NCBI GenBank assembly: GCA_965116905.1
Contig: OZ220732.1
Location: forward strand, 480,001-544,000
DNA length: 64,000 nt
Origin: Longimicrobiales bacterium
GTDB taxonomy: Bacteria; Gemmatimonadota; Gemmatimonadetes; Longimicrobiales; Gaopeijiaceae
Direction: 5' to 3'
The notes below the pieces were generated by a model. That model saw nothing but the letters and a program-made list of their open reading frames with translations. It had not been told where the DNA came from and made no database searches. Made by a program: the position numbers and the translations under genes. This document shows, one piece after another, positions 9,756 through 21,326 of this stretch (its first letter is position 1; each line of letters starts with the position of its first letter).

Positions 9756-11673
9756 GGAAGGCGCCCGGGAACTCAGCAACGCGCAGGAGTCCCGCGATGT
9801 TGCCGAGAGCGCTCGCGAAGCCGGATGGGAGAAGCGCAGCTTCATGCGGGAGCTCTTCGGAGGCCGGCTCTCGCTGGACCTCGTCCATCCGCACCCCGCC
9901 CAGGACCCCGACGAGGCGGCGCGGGCGGCCCCGTTTCTGGAGCGGATACGGAGCTTCACGGAGGAACACGTGGACGGCGACGCCTTCGACCGCGAGGGCT
10001 GGGTCCCGGAAGCGGTCCTGAAGGGCCTCGCCGATCTGGGTGCCTTCGGGATCAAGGTGCCCCGCGAATACGGCGGCCTCGGACTGTCCCAGACGTCCTA
10101 TAACCGGGCGCTGGCCATCGTGTCCAGCCGCTGCGCCTCGACGGCCGCGTTCCTGTCGGCGCACCAGTCCATCGGCGTCCCCACGCCCCTGGTCCTCTTC
10201 GGCACCGAGGAGCAGAAGCGGGAATACCTGCCCAGGGCCGCAGGCGGCGAGCTCTCGGCCTTCGCACTGACCGAGACCATGGTCGGCTCGGATCCCGCCA
10301 ACATGTCCACGTTCGCGGAACCGTCGGAAGACGGGTCCCACTACATCCTCAACGGCGAGAAGCTGTGGACGACCAACGGTCCCCGCGCCGATCTGCTCGT
10401 CGTCATGGCACGCACGCCGCCGCGGCCCGGTGTCAAGGGGAAACGCCCGATCAGCGCCTTCATCGTGGAAACGGCGTGGCCCGGCGTGGAAGTCGGCCCG
10501 ATCTGCCGGTTCATGGGACTCAAGGGGATTTCCAACGGCGTGCTCCGGTTCCGAAACGTCAAGGTTCCCCGCGAAAACCTGCTTTGGGGAGAGGGGCTGG
10601 GACTCAAGCTCGCGCTGATCACGCTGAACACCGGCAGGCTGGCACTGCCGGCGTTCTGCACCGCCGCGGGCAAGTGCGTCCTGGCCGCGTGCCGGAAGTG
10701 GGCGGCCGAGCGCGTGCAGTGGGGCGCGCCCATCGGCAAGCACGACGCCGTGGCGCAGAAGCTGGGCAGGATCGCGGCGGAGACCTACGCCATGGAGGCG
10801 GTCGTGGAACTCGCGTCGGCCATGTCCGGCCTCGGGACCCTCGACATGCGGCTCGAGGCGGCGATGGCCAAGCTGTGGCACAGCGAGAAGGCGTGGAGCC
10901 TCATCGACGACGCCGTGCAGATTCGCGGCGGCCGCGGCTACGAGTCCGCCGATTCCCTGCGGCAGCGCGGCGAGGACCCGATTCCGGTCGAGCGCGCCAT
11001 GCGTGATGCGCGGATCAACCTCATCTTCGAGGGATCGAGCGAGATCATGCGCCTGTTCATCGCCCGCGAAGCCGTGGACGACCATCTGACCGTGGCGGGA
11101 GCCGTGATCGACCCGAAGGTCCCGGCCGGCAAACGCGCGGCGGCGTTCCTGAAGGCCGCGGCACACTACACCGTATGGTATCCGGGGCGCTGGCTGGGAT
11201 GGGGCCGTTGGCCGCGCTACGGCGCCTTCGGCAGTCTGGCCGGGCACATGCGCTACGCCGACCGCAAATCAAGGAAACTCGCACGCACACTCTTCCACGC
11301 GATCGTACGGCATGGACCCCGACTGGAACGGCGACAGGCAGTCCTTGGGCGCCTCGTGGACAACGGCGGCGACCTGCTCGCCATGATCGCCTGCTGCGTA
11401 CGGGCCATGAAGCTCGTGAAGGAGAACCCCGCCGACCGGACGCCGTTCGAACTGGCCGACGCCGCGTGCAGGCTCGCCCGGCGCCGGATCGACGCCCGGT
11501 TCAGAGCCGTCTTCCGGAACGACGACACCGCGGTCTACAAGGTGGCGCGCGGAGCGATGGCCGACCGCTACGAGTGGCTGGAAGCGGGCATCGTCCTGAC
11601 GCCGCCGGCCGAGCCGGCTGAACGTGAGGAACCACTCCCGGACGCCCAGCCGAAGAGCGCAGTGCCTGCCTGA
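9742..11673 (+). CDS. Acyl-CoA dehydrogenase (VLCAD/FadE-like, long form)
   Basis: AFALTE..GSD, LNGEKLWTTNG, QIRGGRGYE and RDARINLIFEGSSEI motifs. Confidence 0.93.
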   Translation: MTTGKEGARELSNAQESRDVAESAREAGWEKRSFMRELFGGRLSLDLVHPHPAQDPDEAARAAPFLERIRSFTEEHVDGDAFDREGWVPEAVLKGLADLGAFGIKVPREYGGLGLSQTSYNRALAIVSSRCASTAAFLSAHQSIGVPTPLVLFGTEEQKREYLPRAAGGELSAFALTETMVGSDPANMSTFAEPSEDGSHYILNGEKLWTTNGPRADLLVVMARTPPRPGVKGKRPISAFIVETAWPGVEVGPICRFMGLKGISNGVLRFRNVKVPRENLLWGEGLGLKLALITLNTGRLALPAFCTAAGKCVLAACRKWAAERVQWGAPIGKHDAVAQKLGRIAAETYAMEAVVELASAMSGLGTLDMRLEAAMAKLWHSEKAWSLIDDAVQIRGGRGYESADSLRQRGEDPIPVERAMRDARINLIFEGSSEIMRLFIAREAVDDHLTVAGAVIDPKVPAGKRAAAFLKAAAHYTVWYPGRWLGWGRWPRYGAFGSLAGHMRYADRKSRKLARTLFHAIVRHGPRLERRQAVLGRLVDNGGDLLAMIACCVRAMKLVKENPADRTPFELADAACRLARRRIDARFRAVFRNDDTAVYKVARGAMADRYEWLEAGIVLTPPAEPAEREEPLPDAQPKSAVPA

Positions 11674-12557
11674 TGGCCCGACCGTTCCTGCTGCTGGTGC
11701 TCCTGTGGACCCTGGCGCTGGTCCTGCTCGGGAGCATCGTGCACGCGACGGAATCCAGTCTCGCGTGCCCCGACTGGCCCACCTGCTTCGGCACGATGAT
11801 GCCCGAAATGACGGGCGGCGTGTTCTGGGAGCACCTGCACCGTCTCTGGGCCGGCGCCCTGCTGGTGCTGTTTCCGGTCGCGGTGGTGCTCACGCGGCGC
11901 TCCCACCCCGAGCGCAGGGAGCTCTTCCGCCTGGGCCTTGCGGGCATCGCACTGCTCTTCTTTCAGGCCCTGCTGGGCGGCCTCACGGTGATCTATCGGT
12001 TGCCGGACGCGATCTCCACGTCCCATCTCGCGATGGCGCTCATCTTCCTGGCGCTCGTGACGGTGATGCTGGTGCGAACCGCGCCGCGGGTCCCCGACCG
12101 GCAGGCCATGCCGCGCGCCGAACGACGCCTGGCGTGGCGGCTCGGGTGCTGGATCACCGGCCTCGTGTTCGTGCAGTCGCTGGTGGGAGCGGTGGTTCGC
12201 CACACCGACGCCGGGATGGCGTGTCCCGACGTTCCCCTGTGCCTGGGAAGGGTGATTCCACCGCTGGAGTATCCATCCGTGCAGCTGCACTTCGCGCACC
12301 GGGTGCTGGGGGTGGGTCTGGTGATCGCCGTGGTGGTGTTCGCGCGAACGATCCTGACGCGGAGCCGGGACACCTTCTCCAGACGACTGGCGGCCGCCGC
12401 CGCCATCGGGGTCGTCGCACAGATGCTGCTGGGCTTTCTGTCCGTGGCATTCCAGCTCGGCGTGCCGTGGGTTTCGGCCCACAGCGTGCTCGCCGCGACC
12501 CTGCTGACGCTGGGCGTGGCGATGGCCGCCCACGGCCGGGAGCAGGCAGCTGGATGA
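11673..12557 (+). CDS. ctaA: COX15/CtaA-family heme A synthase
   Basis: ACPDWPTC, EHLHR, second ACPDVPLC and HFAHR; about 8 TM helices. Confidence 0.85.
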   Translation: MARPFLLLVLLWTLALVLLGSIVHATESSLACPDWPTCFGTMMPEMTGGVFWEHLHRLWAGALLVLFPVAVVLTRRSHPERRELFRLGLAGIALLFFQALLGGLTVIYRLPDAISTSHLAMALIFLALVTVMLVRTAPRVPDRQAMPRAERRLAWRLGCWITGLVFVQSLVGAVVRHTDAGMACPDVPLCLGRVIPPLEYPSVQLHFAHRVLGVGLVIAVVVFARTILTRSRDTFSRRLAAAAAIGVVAQMLLGFLSVAFQLGVPWVSAHSVLAATLLTLGVAMAAHGREQAAG

Positions 12558-12567
12558 ACAGCGCTGC

Positions 12568-12999
12568 ATGAACAGCCAGGTCCTCGGGGACGGTCTTGCC
12601 CATCTGAACGCCGGTCTCAACCTGACCAGCGCGATGCTGCTCGTCGCGGGCCTGATCTACATTCGCCGCAAGGAAATCCGAAAGCATCGGAGATGCATGC
12701 TGGGAGCGGTCGCCGCGGCGGCTCTTTTCCTCGTCTTCTACCTCCTGCGCGTCGCGCTCACGGGCACGCACGCCTTCCCCGGCCCGGACTCGGTGCGCCG
12801 CGTCTACCTGGTCATCCTGTTCAGCCACATGATCCTGGCGGCCGTGGTGGTGCCGCTGGCCATCCGCCTTCTGTACCTGGCCCGACACAGGAGATTCAAG
12901 GCACACCGGCGTCTGGCCCGGTGGACCTATCCGGCGTGGCTCTATACCTCGCTGACCGGCCTGTTCGTCTACTTCATGCTCTACCACGCGTACGCGTAG
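12568..12999 (+). CDS. DUF420 membrane protein
   Basis: HLNAGLN, HRRCM, ILFSHMILA and HRRLARWTYPAWLYTSLTG motifs. Confidence 0.85.
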   Translation: MNSQVLGDGLAHLNAGLNLTSAMLLVAGLIYIRRKEIRKHRRCMLGAVAAAALFLVFYLLRVALTGTHAFPGPDSVRRVYLVILFSHMILAAVVVPLAIRLLYLARHRRFKAHRRLARWTYPAWLYTSLTGLFVYFMLYHAYA

Positions 13000-13639
13000 C
13001 GGCACTACCACGCGTACGCGCAGCGGCTTCGGCCTCCTGGTCCGCCAGGGTCCATCGGCAGCACCGGTCACCCCGGGTCTCGCAACTGCTCTTGGTGACC
13101 TGCAGGTCGTTTCCCACACCCCGAATCAGGGCACGTTGACAGAATCCGGTCAGTATCTGACAGGCGGCGCCGCTGGAATCGAGCTGCACGAGCGGCGAAG
13201 CCGATACTTCCAGCGTGAACGGGCCGGATACGAAGCCGCCGAGACGGCGGCCAAAGAGCTTCGAGAACGCGCGGACCACCGAGCGCTTGGCACGAAACAA
13301 CCTCACGCGACGCGGAAGCAGGCGCGCGTGCGCCGTCCCCACCGAATCCGCCAGAAGAGATCCCATCTCGAAGAACACCTTGCCGGCGTCGGCTCGCTTG
13401 TTGACCAGACGCAGGAACCCGTCGAGTTCCTCCAGGGTCAGCTTCCTGCCCTCCCGGACGTATTCCTCGTGAAGCTGGATCTGCCTTTCGACAACCACAC
13501 TCAGCCCGAGCCTGCGGGGCATGGTCCGGGAAAACACCTCGTCATCGATCCAGTCCGAGGGACGGTCGACCGAACGGATCGCTTCGAGCAACGCGAGGGC
13601 CACCTTCGCGGCTATCGACGGCTTTTCGGCTTTTGTCAA
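12974..13639 (-). CDS. V4R-like domain protein
   Basis: C-terminal CQILTGF...SCETRGDRCCRW matches the V4R Cys pattern. Confidence 0.6.
   Translation of the reverse strand: MTKAEKPSIAAKVALALLEAIRSVDRPSDWIDDEVFSRTMPRRLGLSVVVERQIQLHEEYVREGRKLTLEELDGFLRLVNKRADAGKVFFEMGSLLADSVGTAHARLLPRRVRLFRAKRSVVRAFSKLFGRRLGGFVSGPFTLEVSASPLVQLDSSGAACQILTGFCQRALIRGVGNDLQVTKSSCETRGDRCCRWTLADQEAEAAARTRGSAATRTRGRA
12981..13027. repeat. 24-bp tandem duplication at a convergent gene junction
   Basis: ctaccacgcgtacgcgtagcggca followed by ctaccacgcgtacgcgcagcggc. Confidence 0.85.
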
Positions 13640-13803
13640 TCGGTCGGTCCTGTTGCGTGCAAGCGAGTCGGCGCCGTCGCGGCCATCGTTCGAATGTCGT
13701 CAGAGAGCGGTGCACTGGCAAACCGCCGAGTTTGCCGAGCGCGAGGCCGCCATCCTAGTTTCCGCGCCGGATCGACTCCACGACACGACTACGCAGGCCA
13801 CCC

Positions 13804-14922
13804 TTGAAGCGATACGCCGCCTTCGACCCTCCGGAATACCGGGACTGGGCACCCGATGCCGCCCTGACGCGCGAGTATCGCCACCGGATTGAGAAAGACC
13901 CTGAACGGGCCGCCGCGGTTGGCGATCTGGGCACCGCCGCGCTTCTGCGTCTGTATCGCGAACTCCTCGTTACGCGACTGCAGGACATCGGGCTCAAGCG
14001 GTGGGTGCGCCAGGGCGTGATCAGCAAGGCATGGCTCGGCGTCGGCGAGGAGGCGGTCACGGTGGGATGCGTGGCGGCGCTGGACCGCGACCGCGACGTG
14101 GTCATCCCGATGATCCGCAACGCGGGCGCCGGACACATGATGGGCCTGCCGCTCCAGCACGGCTTTACGAGCTACCTGGCCACGGCGGACAGCCCTAGTG
14201 GAGGGCGGGACTTCCACTACGGCGACATCGCCAGGGGGGTCATCCAGCCCGTGAGCCACATGGGCACGAGCGTTCCCGTCGCCACGGGCGCCGCGCTCGC
14301 CTTCAAGACCCGGGGCGAGTCGCGCGTCGCACTCACGTGGACCGGTGACGGCGCGACCCGTACCGCCGCCTGCCACGAGGGACTGGTCGTGGCCGCCCGC
14401 CTGCGGGTCCCCGCGATCGTGGTCGTCCAGAACAACCAGGTGGCTCTGGGAACCCGCCTCGACCAGCACGGCGCCGGCCGCATGGAGGACATTCCGCGCG
14501 CACACGGTATCCGGGCGCTCAACTGTGACGGGAACAACGTGCTGGACGTCTACGCGGCCACGGCGGTCGCGCGTCGACTGTGCCTGGAAGGGGAGGGGCC
14601 CGTCGTCCTCGTCGCCGAGACCTTCCGCATGGGTGGCCATGCGACCCACGACGAGCGCGAGGCGAGGGAAACCTTCTCGGCCGAGCTGTTCCGGCATTGG
14701 GGGCGCCGCGACCCCGTCGGACTCTACGAAGCCTACCTGCTCGAAGAGGGTGTCACGGCGGAAGCCCTCGCAGAAGTCGAGGCGGACGCCACCGCGGCGG
14801 TCGAAGCGGCCGCGGAACGCGCTCTGAAGTCGCGCGCAGAGACGCCTGAACCACGACACGCGCTCTTCGAGGGTGTCTCACAAGGCGGCGTCCTGCACGG
14901 CCTCGCCCACCGGCTGGACTGA
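13804..14922 (+). CDS. TPP-dependent 2-oxoacid dehydrogenase E1 alpha subunit
   Basis: GEEA, GDGA...NNQ TPP motif, DGNNVLDV, RMGGHATHD and RDPV motifs. Confidence 0.88.
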   Translation: MKRYAAFDPPEYRDWAPDAALTREYRHRIEKDPERAAAVGDLGTAALLRLYRELLVTRLQDIGLKRWVRQGVISKAWLGVGEEAVTVGCVAALDRDRDVVIPMIRNAGAGHMMGLPLQHGFTSYLATADSPSGGRDFHYGDIARGVIQPVSHMGTSVPVATGAALAFKTRGESRVALTWTGDGATRTAACHEGLVVAARLRVPAIVVVQNNQVALGTRLDQHGAGRMEDIPRAHGIRALNCDGNNVLDVYAATAVARRLCLEGEGPVVLVAETFRMGGHATHDEREARETFSAELFRHWGRRDPVGLYEAYLLEEGVTAEALAEVEADATAAVEAAAERALKSRAETPEPRHALFEGVSQGGVLHGLAHRLD

Positions 14923-14986
14923 ATGACCACCCCGGGCGGGACGTCAGGGTCGGCGTTGTCCATGCCCGACTGCTACATTTGAACCC

Positions 14987-15637
14987 ATGTTCGAGAATCT
15001 TCGCCGGGCCTTCAGAGAGGCCGTTGACAACTTCAACCGCGAGTTGGAACGGGACGCCGTGCCGGAGGCCGTGGACGGGCTCATCCGTGGAATGCAAAAG
15101 GAGGCCGTCGCTACCAGGGCCGGCCTCGAAGGGCTCAAGGAACAGCTGGCGAGGGCGCGCAAGCGGGCCGAAGCGGAAGCGCGGGAGGCGCAGGTGTGCC
15201 GGCGGCGCGAAGAAATGGCCCGCAAGATCGGAGACGCCGGTACGGCCGAGGTCGCGGCGGAGTTTGCGGAAAAGCACGCCGCCCGCGAACGCGTGCTGAA
15301 CGACAAGGCGACGGCCATCGAGGCCGAGATCCGCCTTTACGAAACCGAGTACGCCGAAATGCTGGCCCAGATCAAGAAGGCGCGGGCCAATCGGAGCGCC
15401 ATGGCCGCGCAGTCGGGCAGGACGAAGGCGCGCGACTCGGTTCGCGGGGCGGACGACCTGTTCGGAGAACTGGACCGCATGGCGGAGAAGATCGGAGACA
15501 CTGAGGCCGGCGCCGAAGCGGGCGGCTCGCTCTTCGACGACGCGGGCGAGTTTGACCGGGAACTCGATCGGTCGCGCAGGGAAGAGGCGATCGATTCGCG
15601 TCTTGACGAGTTGAAGCGCCGTATGGGAAGAGAGTAG
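14987..15637 (+). CDS. PspA/IM30-family coiled-coil protein
   Basis: All-helical, charged coiled coil; amphipathic N-terminus MFENLRRAF; ends LDELKRRMG. Confidence 0.75.
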   Translation: MFENLRRAFREAVDNFNRELERDAVPEAVDGLIRGMQKEAVATRAGLEGLKEQLARARKRAEAEAREAQVCRRREEMARKIGDAGTAEVAAEFAEKHAARERVLNDKATAIEAEIRLYETEYAEMLAQIKKARANRSAMAAQSGRTKARDSVRGADDLFGELDRMAEKIGDTEAGAEAGGSLFDDAGEFDRELDRSRREEAIDSRLDELKRRMGRE

Positions 15638-15646
15638 ATTGGTGCC

Positions 15647-15925
15647 ATGGAAAACTGGATCGGTGTAGGCATCTGGATCGTGATGGGCGCGGCCATCGGT
15701 CTCGCCATGAAGCTGGTGGTGAAGCGTCCCGATACGACCGCGGGGCACACGCGCCTCCTCTGTCTGCTCGGCTCCTTCGCCGCCGTCATCGGGGGCATGC
15801 TGGGCGTGGGCATTCTCGAGTTCGACGACCCGGTCGCGCTCAGCATCGGCGGAATGGCCGGCGCGGTCGGCTTTGCCGCGCTCATGACCTGGGTCTATCG
15901 ATGGGGGATCAGGGGCCTCACCTGA
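15647..15925 (+). CDS. Small 3-TM membrane protein (GlsB/YeaQ/YmgE-like)
   Basis: WIVMGAAIGLAMK and LGSFAAVIGG hydrophobic Gly-rich helices. Confidence 0.6.
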   Translation: MENWIGVGIWIVMGAAIGLAMKLVVKRPDTTAGHTRLLCLLGSFAAVIGGMLGVGILEFDDPVALSIGGMAGAVGFAALMTWVYRWGIRGLT

Positions 15926-15942
15926 AGAGCGGAAGACAACCC

Positions 15943-17322
15943 TTGGCCAGCGCGACCACCGACCCCATCGACTTTGCGGCGCGGCAGCGCGCAAGGTTCT
16001 ACCGGGAACTCGACGAGCTTCTGCGCATTCCATCCGTTTCTGCGAAGTCGGAGCACGATGCCGACACGGCTCATGCCGCCGACTGGGTACGGAAGCAACT
16101 GGTACACGCCGGACTGGATGCCGAGGTCATCGCCACCCCGGGTCATCCGGTGGTGGTTGGAGAGTGGCGCGGCGCCGGACCACGGGCCCCGACGGTCCTC
16201 ATCTACGGCCACTACGACGTGCAGCCGCCGGAGCCCCTGGAGTTGTGGGATACGCCGCCTTTCGAGCCCGACATCCGCGACGGACGCATCTACGCCCGGG
16301 GTTCCGCGGACGACAAGGGACAGCTTTTTCTGCATATCAAGGCGCTCGAGGCCCACCTCGCCACACGGGGCCGCTTGCCGGTGAACGTCGTCGTTTTGGC
16401 TGAGGGGGAAGAGGAGGTGGGATCGCCCAACCTCGTTCCGTTCGTCAGGGAACACAGCGGTCGTCTCGCGGCCGACACCGTCGTCATCTCCGATTCGGCC
16501 ATGTTCGCCCCCGGGATTCCGTCGCTCCTCTTCTCGCTCCGAGGACTCGCCTACTTCGAGATCCATGCGACAGGACCTTCTTCGGACCTGCACTCGGGTG
16601 CGTACGGCGGGGCCGTCGTCAACCCGGCCAACGCGCTGGCCCGACTCATCGGAGAGCTGCACGACGACACCGGACGGATCACGATTCCCGGCTTCTACGA
16701 CGACGTGCGCACCCCGCCGCAGGAGACCCTGGACGGGATCCGCGGCCTTCCGTTCGACGCCGACGGCTACGCCCGCGAGGTCGGCACGATACCCGCCGGC
16801 GGGGAGCATGCGTTCTCGCCCCTCGAGCGTCTTTGGATCCGGCCGTCCTGCGACGTCAACGGCATGTGGTCGGGGTACACGGGTGAAGGCGCCAAGACCG
16901 TTCTGCCGGCCAGGGCGGCCGCCAAGATCAGCTTCCGGCTGGTTCCCGATCAGTCTCCGGAACGGGTCAAGGTGCTGCTGGAGGAACACCTGGCGCGCGT
17001 GGCGCCTCCCGGCGTGGACGTCACGGTGGTCGAACTGCACGGCGGTCGGCCATGGCTGGCCCGGCTGGAGGGGCCGCTGTTCACCGTGGCGGCCGATGCG
17101 CTGGAGCGCTCATTCGGCACGCGTCCGGTGCTCACGGGCGAAGGCGGCAGCATCCCCATCGTCGTCGAACTCGAGGAAATCCTCGGGGCCAACTCCCTGC
17201 TCCTCGGATTCGCGCTCCCCGGGGCGAACATGCACGCCCCCAACGAATGGTTCGCGACGGACTGCTTCGAAAAGGGAATCGACACCCTGATCCACCTCTA
17301 CGACGAGCTGGCGCGGGTCTAG
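15943..17322 (+). CDS. M20-family dipeptidase
   Basis: YGHYDVQP, RGSADDKG, EGEEEVGS, DLHSG and HAPNE motifs. Confidence 0.93.
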   Translation: MASATTDPIDFAARQRARFYRELDELLRIPSVSAKSEHDADTAHAADWVRKQLVHAGLDAEVIATPGHPVVVGEWRGAGPRAPTVLIYGHYDVQPPEPLELWDTPPFEPDIRDGRIYARGSADDKGQLFLHIKALEAHLATRGRLPVNVVVLAEGEEEVGSPNLVPFVREHSGRLAADTVVISDSAMFAPGIPSLLFSLRGLAYFEIHATGPSSDLHSGAYGGAVVNPANALARLIGELHDDTGRITIPGFYDDVRTPPQETLDGIRGLPFDADGYAREVGTIPAGGEHAFSPLERLWIRPSCDVNGMWSGYTGEGAKTVLPARAAAKISFRLVPDQSPERVKVLLEEHLARVAPPGVDVTVVELHGGRPWLARLEGPLFTVAADALERSFGTRPVLTGEGGSIPIVVELEEILGANSLLLGFALPGANMHAPNEWFATDCFEKGIDTLIHLYDELARV

Positions 17323-17367
17323 GTAGTCTGTGGATGAAGCCGCTCGAGCACCCAGAGCGGCAGCGAA

Positions 17368-18867
<1,500 letters not shown>

Positions 18868-18947
18868 TGATCGCAGACCGCGATGGGATGATTCGGACCG
18901 AAGACGTTTGACTATCTTCAAGGAATGTAAGCGAAGGAGACACCGCG

Positions 18948-21326
18948 ATGCGTCCGACGGATACAACCACAGGGGCAGCCACCCGCAGTCGCCCTCCGTA
19001 CCTCTGGGCCGCGGCGGCGGCGGCGGGCGTGGGGCTGCTCTACGCCCTGACCCTGGCCCCCACCACGGCATTCTGGGACACCAGCGAATACATCGCTACC
19101 GCTCACATCCTCGGAATCCCCCACCCCCCGGGGAATCCGCTGTTCGTGGTCCTGGCCCGCACCTGGGAGATCATTCTCAGTCCCCTGGGGCTGTCCACCG
19201 CCGTAAGCGTCAACCTCTTCTCCGCCCTGATGGGCGCGCTGTCTCACGGTTTGTGGTTCCTGGTCGTGCACCACGTGCTCCGCCATTTCTCCGACAGCCA
19301 CCGTTTCAGGCTCGTCGGGGCGGCGGCAGCGGTCCTGGTGAGCGCGACGGCCTTCACCGTCTGGAACCAGTCCAACGTCAACGAGAAGGTCTACACCGTC
19401 TCGCTGTTCACGATTGCGCTCCTTTCGTGGCTTGCCTTCCGATGGAGAGAGCGGATCGGGCGGCGTGGAAACGACAATATTCTCGTGCTGATCGTGTTCC
19501 TCCTGGCGCTCTCGGTCGGCAATCACCTGATGGCGTTTCTGGCGGCCCCGGCGCTGCTGGTCTTCGTGCTCGCGATCCGACCGCGCGTCTTCGCCAATCC
19601 ACGGCTGTACCCGGTCGGGATCGCGGCCGTCGTCGCGGGTCTCAGTATTCACCTGTTCCTTCCCGTGCGTTCGGGGCTCGGCCCCGTGATCAACGAAGCC
19701 CAGCCGACCTGCGAGAATGTGGGCCAGGCCCTGGCCAGCATCGTCACCTACGGCAACGCCGGGTGCGAGGACCTGTCCGAAGCGCTCCAGCGGGAACAGT
19801 ACGACAAGCCTCCGCTGATCCCGCGTCAGGCGCACTTCGCGTCACAGATTCAGAACTGGCTCCAGTACTTCGACTGGCAGTGGGCGCGAGGCCTTTCCCC
19901 CAACGATGTGCTCTTCGGCAACAGCAGACTTGCGCTGACGGCGCTCTTCATCGGGCTGGGGGTGTTCGGTCTGGCCGAGCACTATCGGCGCGACCGCGCC
20001 AGCTGGCTGTACATGATCACGCTCTTCGGGGTGCTCTCGGCGGGACTCGTCCTCTATTTGAACTTCAAGTACGGGTACTCGATGCCCAACCTCGAGGCCG
20101 ATGACCTCCAGCGGGCGATGGACCGCATGGGCGTGCTGACGCCGGACCAGGTGAAGGAGGTGCGCGAACGCGACTACTTCTTCGTGGTCGGCTTCTCCGT
20201 CTGGGGGCTCATTGCGGGCATCGGCATCGTCTCGCTGTGGGACCGGCTGACCCGAAAATCGGGAAGGTCCCCCGGTCGAACCGCGCCCGTGCTGGCGCTG
20301 GCCGCCATTCCGCTGGTGCTGAACTTCGGCTGGGCAAGCCGGGACGGAGACTACGCCGCCCGCGACTGGGCCTACAACCTCCTCATGAGCGTCGAGCCCT
20401 ATGCGCTCCTCTTCACGAACGGCGACAACGACACCTTTCCGCTCTGGTACCTGCAGGAGGTGGAGGGCATCCGGCGCGACGTTACCGTGGCGGTCACCTC
20501 GTACCTGAACACCGACTGGTATGTGAAGCAGTTGCGCGACCTGACGCGTCCCTGCACCCCGGAGCAGGATCCCGACGCGGACCCCACCCGAATCGTGTGC
20601 CAGCGTCCGTACACGGCGGGGAACACGGGCGCCATGTACACGCACGATGCGGCCGAAGCGGACGCTGCCGGCAAGGTGCCCATTCTCGTGGACGAGCCAT
20701 TGCAGGCACCGACGCGCGCGATCTTCCGCGAGGATCTGGACGACGCCACCATCGACCAGGTGGTGCGCAGCTACGTTCCGATCAACGAGCCCCGTGACGT
20801 GAACCTGGGTGCGGTAACCGCGAGGATGGCGGCGGGACAGTACCTCTACCCCTGGCACCAGTTCGCGCTCGCAGCGATCGCGAACTCCCTCGGGGACCGG
20901 CCGGTCTACTTTGCGTCGAGCGGCAGCGCCGCCCAGACATTCGGTCTGCGTCCGCAGGTCATCCGGCAGGGCCTGGCCTTCCGCCTGTGGCCCGGAGATC
21001 CCGCCGAGCTGTTATCGCGGGGGGTCGCGGCCAGCCTGGGTACCTCGCCGTACTCGGGCGTGATCGGACCGTGGGTGGACATTCCGCGCACGCGGCTGCT
21101 GGCCGACAGCGTGTTCGTTCATCGATCCGGGATCCCGGACAACTGGGACCACTGGCCGGATCGTTCGACTCGCGGAATCCCCAACTACTACGCGTGGGTC
21201 TATCGCGCGCTCCGTCAGGACGCCGTCCTCCGCGACGACATCGACGACATGGCGGTGCTGCAGGATCGCGTCGAGGCGTGGACGCGCCTTGGGGCCGTCC
21301 CGGTGCCCGGCGACGCTGCCAACTAG
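18948..21326 (+). CDS. DUF2723 / GT-C membrane glycosyltransferase (TMEM260-like)
   Basis: FWDTSEYIA, GIPHPPGNPLF, ERDYFF and LFTNGDNDTFPLWYLQEVEG motifs; multiple TM helices. Confidence 0.85.
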   Translation: MRPTDTTTGAATRSRPPYLWAAAAAAGVGLLYALTLAPTTAFWDTSEYIATAHILGIPHPPGNPLFVVLARTWEIILSPLGLSTAVSVNLFSALMGALSHGLWFLVVHHVLRHFSDSHRFRLVGAAAAVLVSATAFTVWNQSNVNEKVYTVSLFTIALLSWLAFRWRERIGRRGNDNILVLIVFLLALSVGNHLMAFLAAPALLVFVLAIRPRVFANPRLYPVGIAAVVAGLSIHLFLPVRSGLGPVINEAQPTCENVGQALASIVTYGNAGCEDLSEALQREQYDKPPLIPRQAHFASQIQNWLQYFDWQWARGLSPNDVLFGNSRLALTALFIGLGVFGLAEHYRRDRASWLYMITLFGVLSAGLVLYLNFKYGYSMPNLEADDLQRAMDRMGVLTPDQVKEVRERDYFFVVGFSVWGLIAGIGIVSLWDRLTRKSGRSPGRTAPVLALAAIPLVLNFGWASRDGDYAARDWAYNLLMSVEPYALLFTNGDNDTFPLWYLQEVEGIRRDVTVAVTSYLNTDWYVKQLRDLTRPCTPEQDPDADPTRIVCQRPYTAGNTGAMYTHDAAEADAAGKVPILVDEPLQAPTRAIFREDLDDATIDQVVRSYVPINEPRDVNLGAVTARMAAGQYLYPWHQFALAAIANSLGDRPVYFASSGSAAQTFGLRPQVIRQGLAFRLWPGDPAELLSRGVAASLGTSPYSGVIGPWVDIPRTRLLADSVFVHRSGIPDNWDHWPDRSTRGIPNYYAWVYRALRQDAVLRDDIDDMAVLQDRVEAWTRLGAVPVPGDAAN

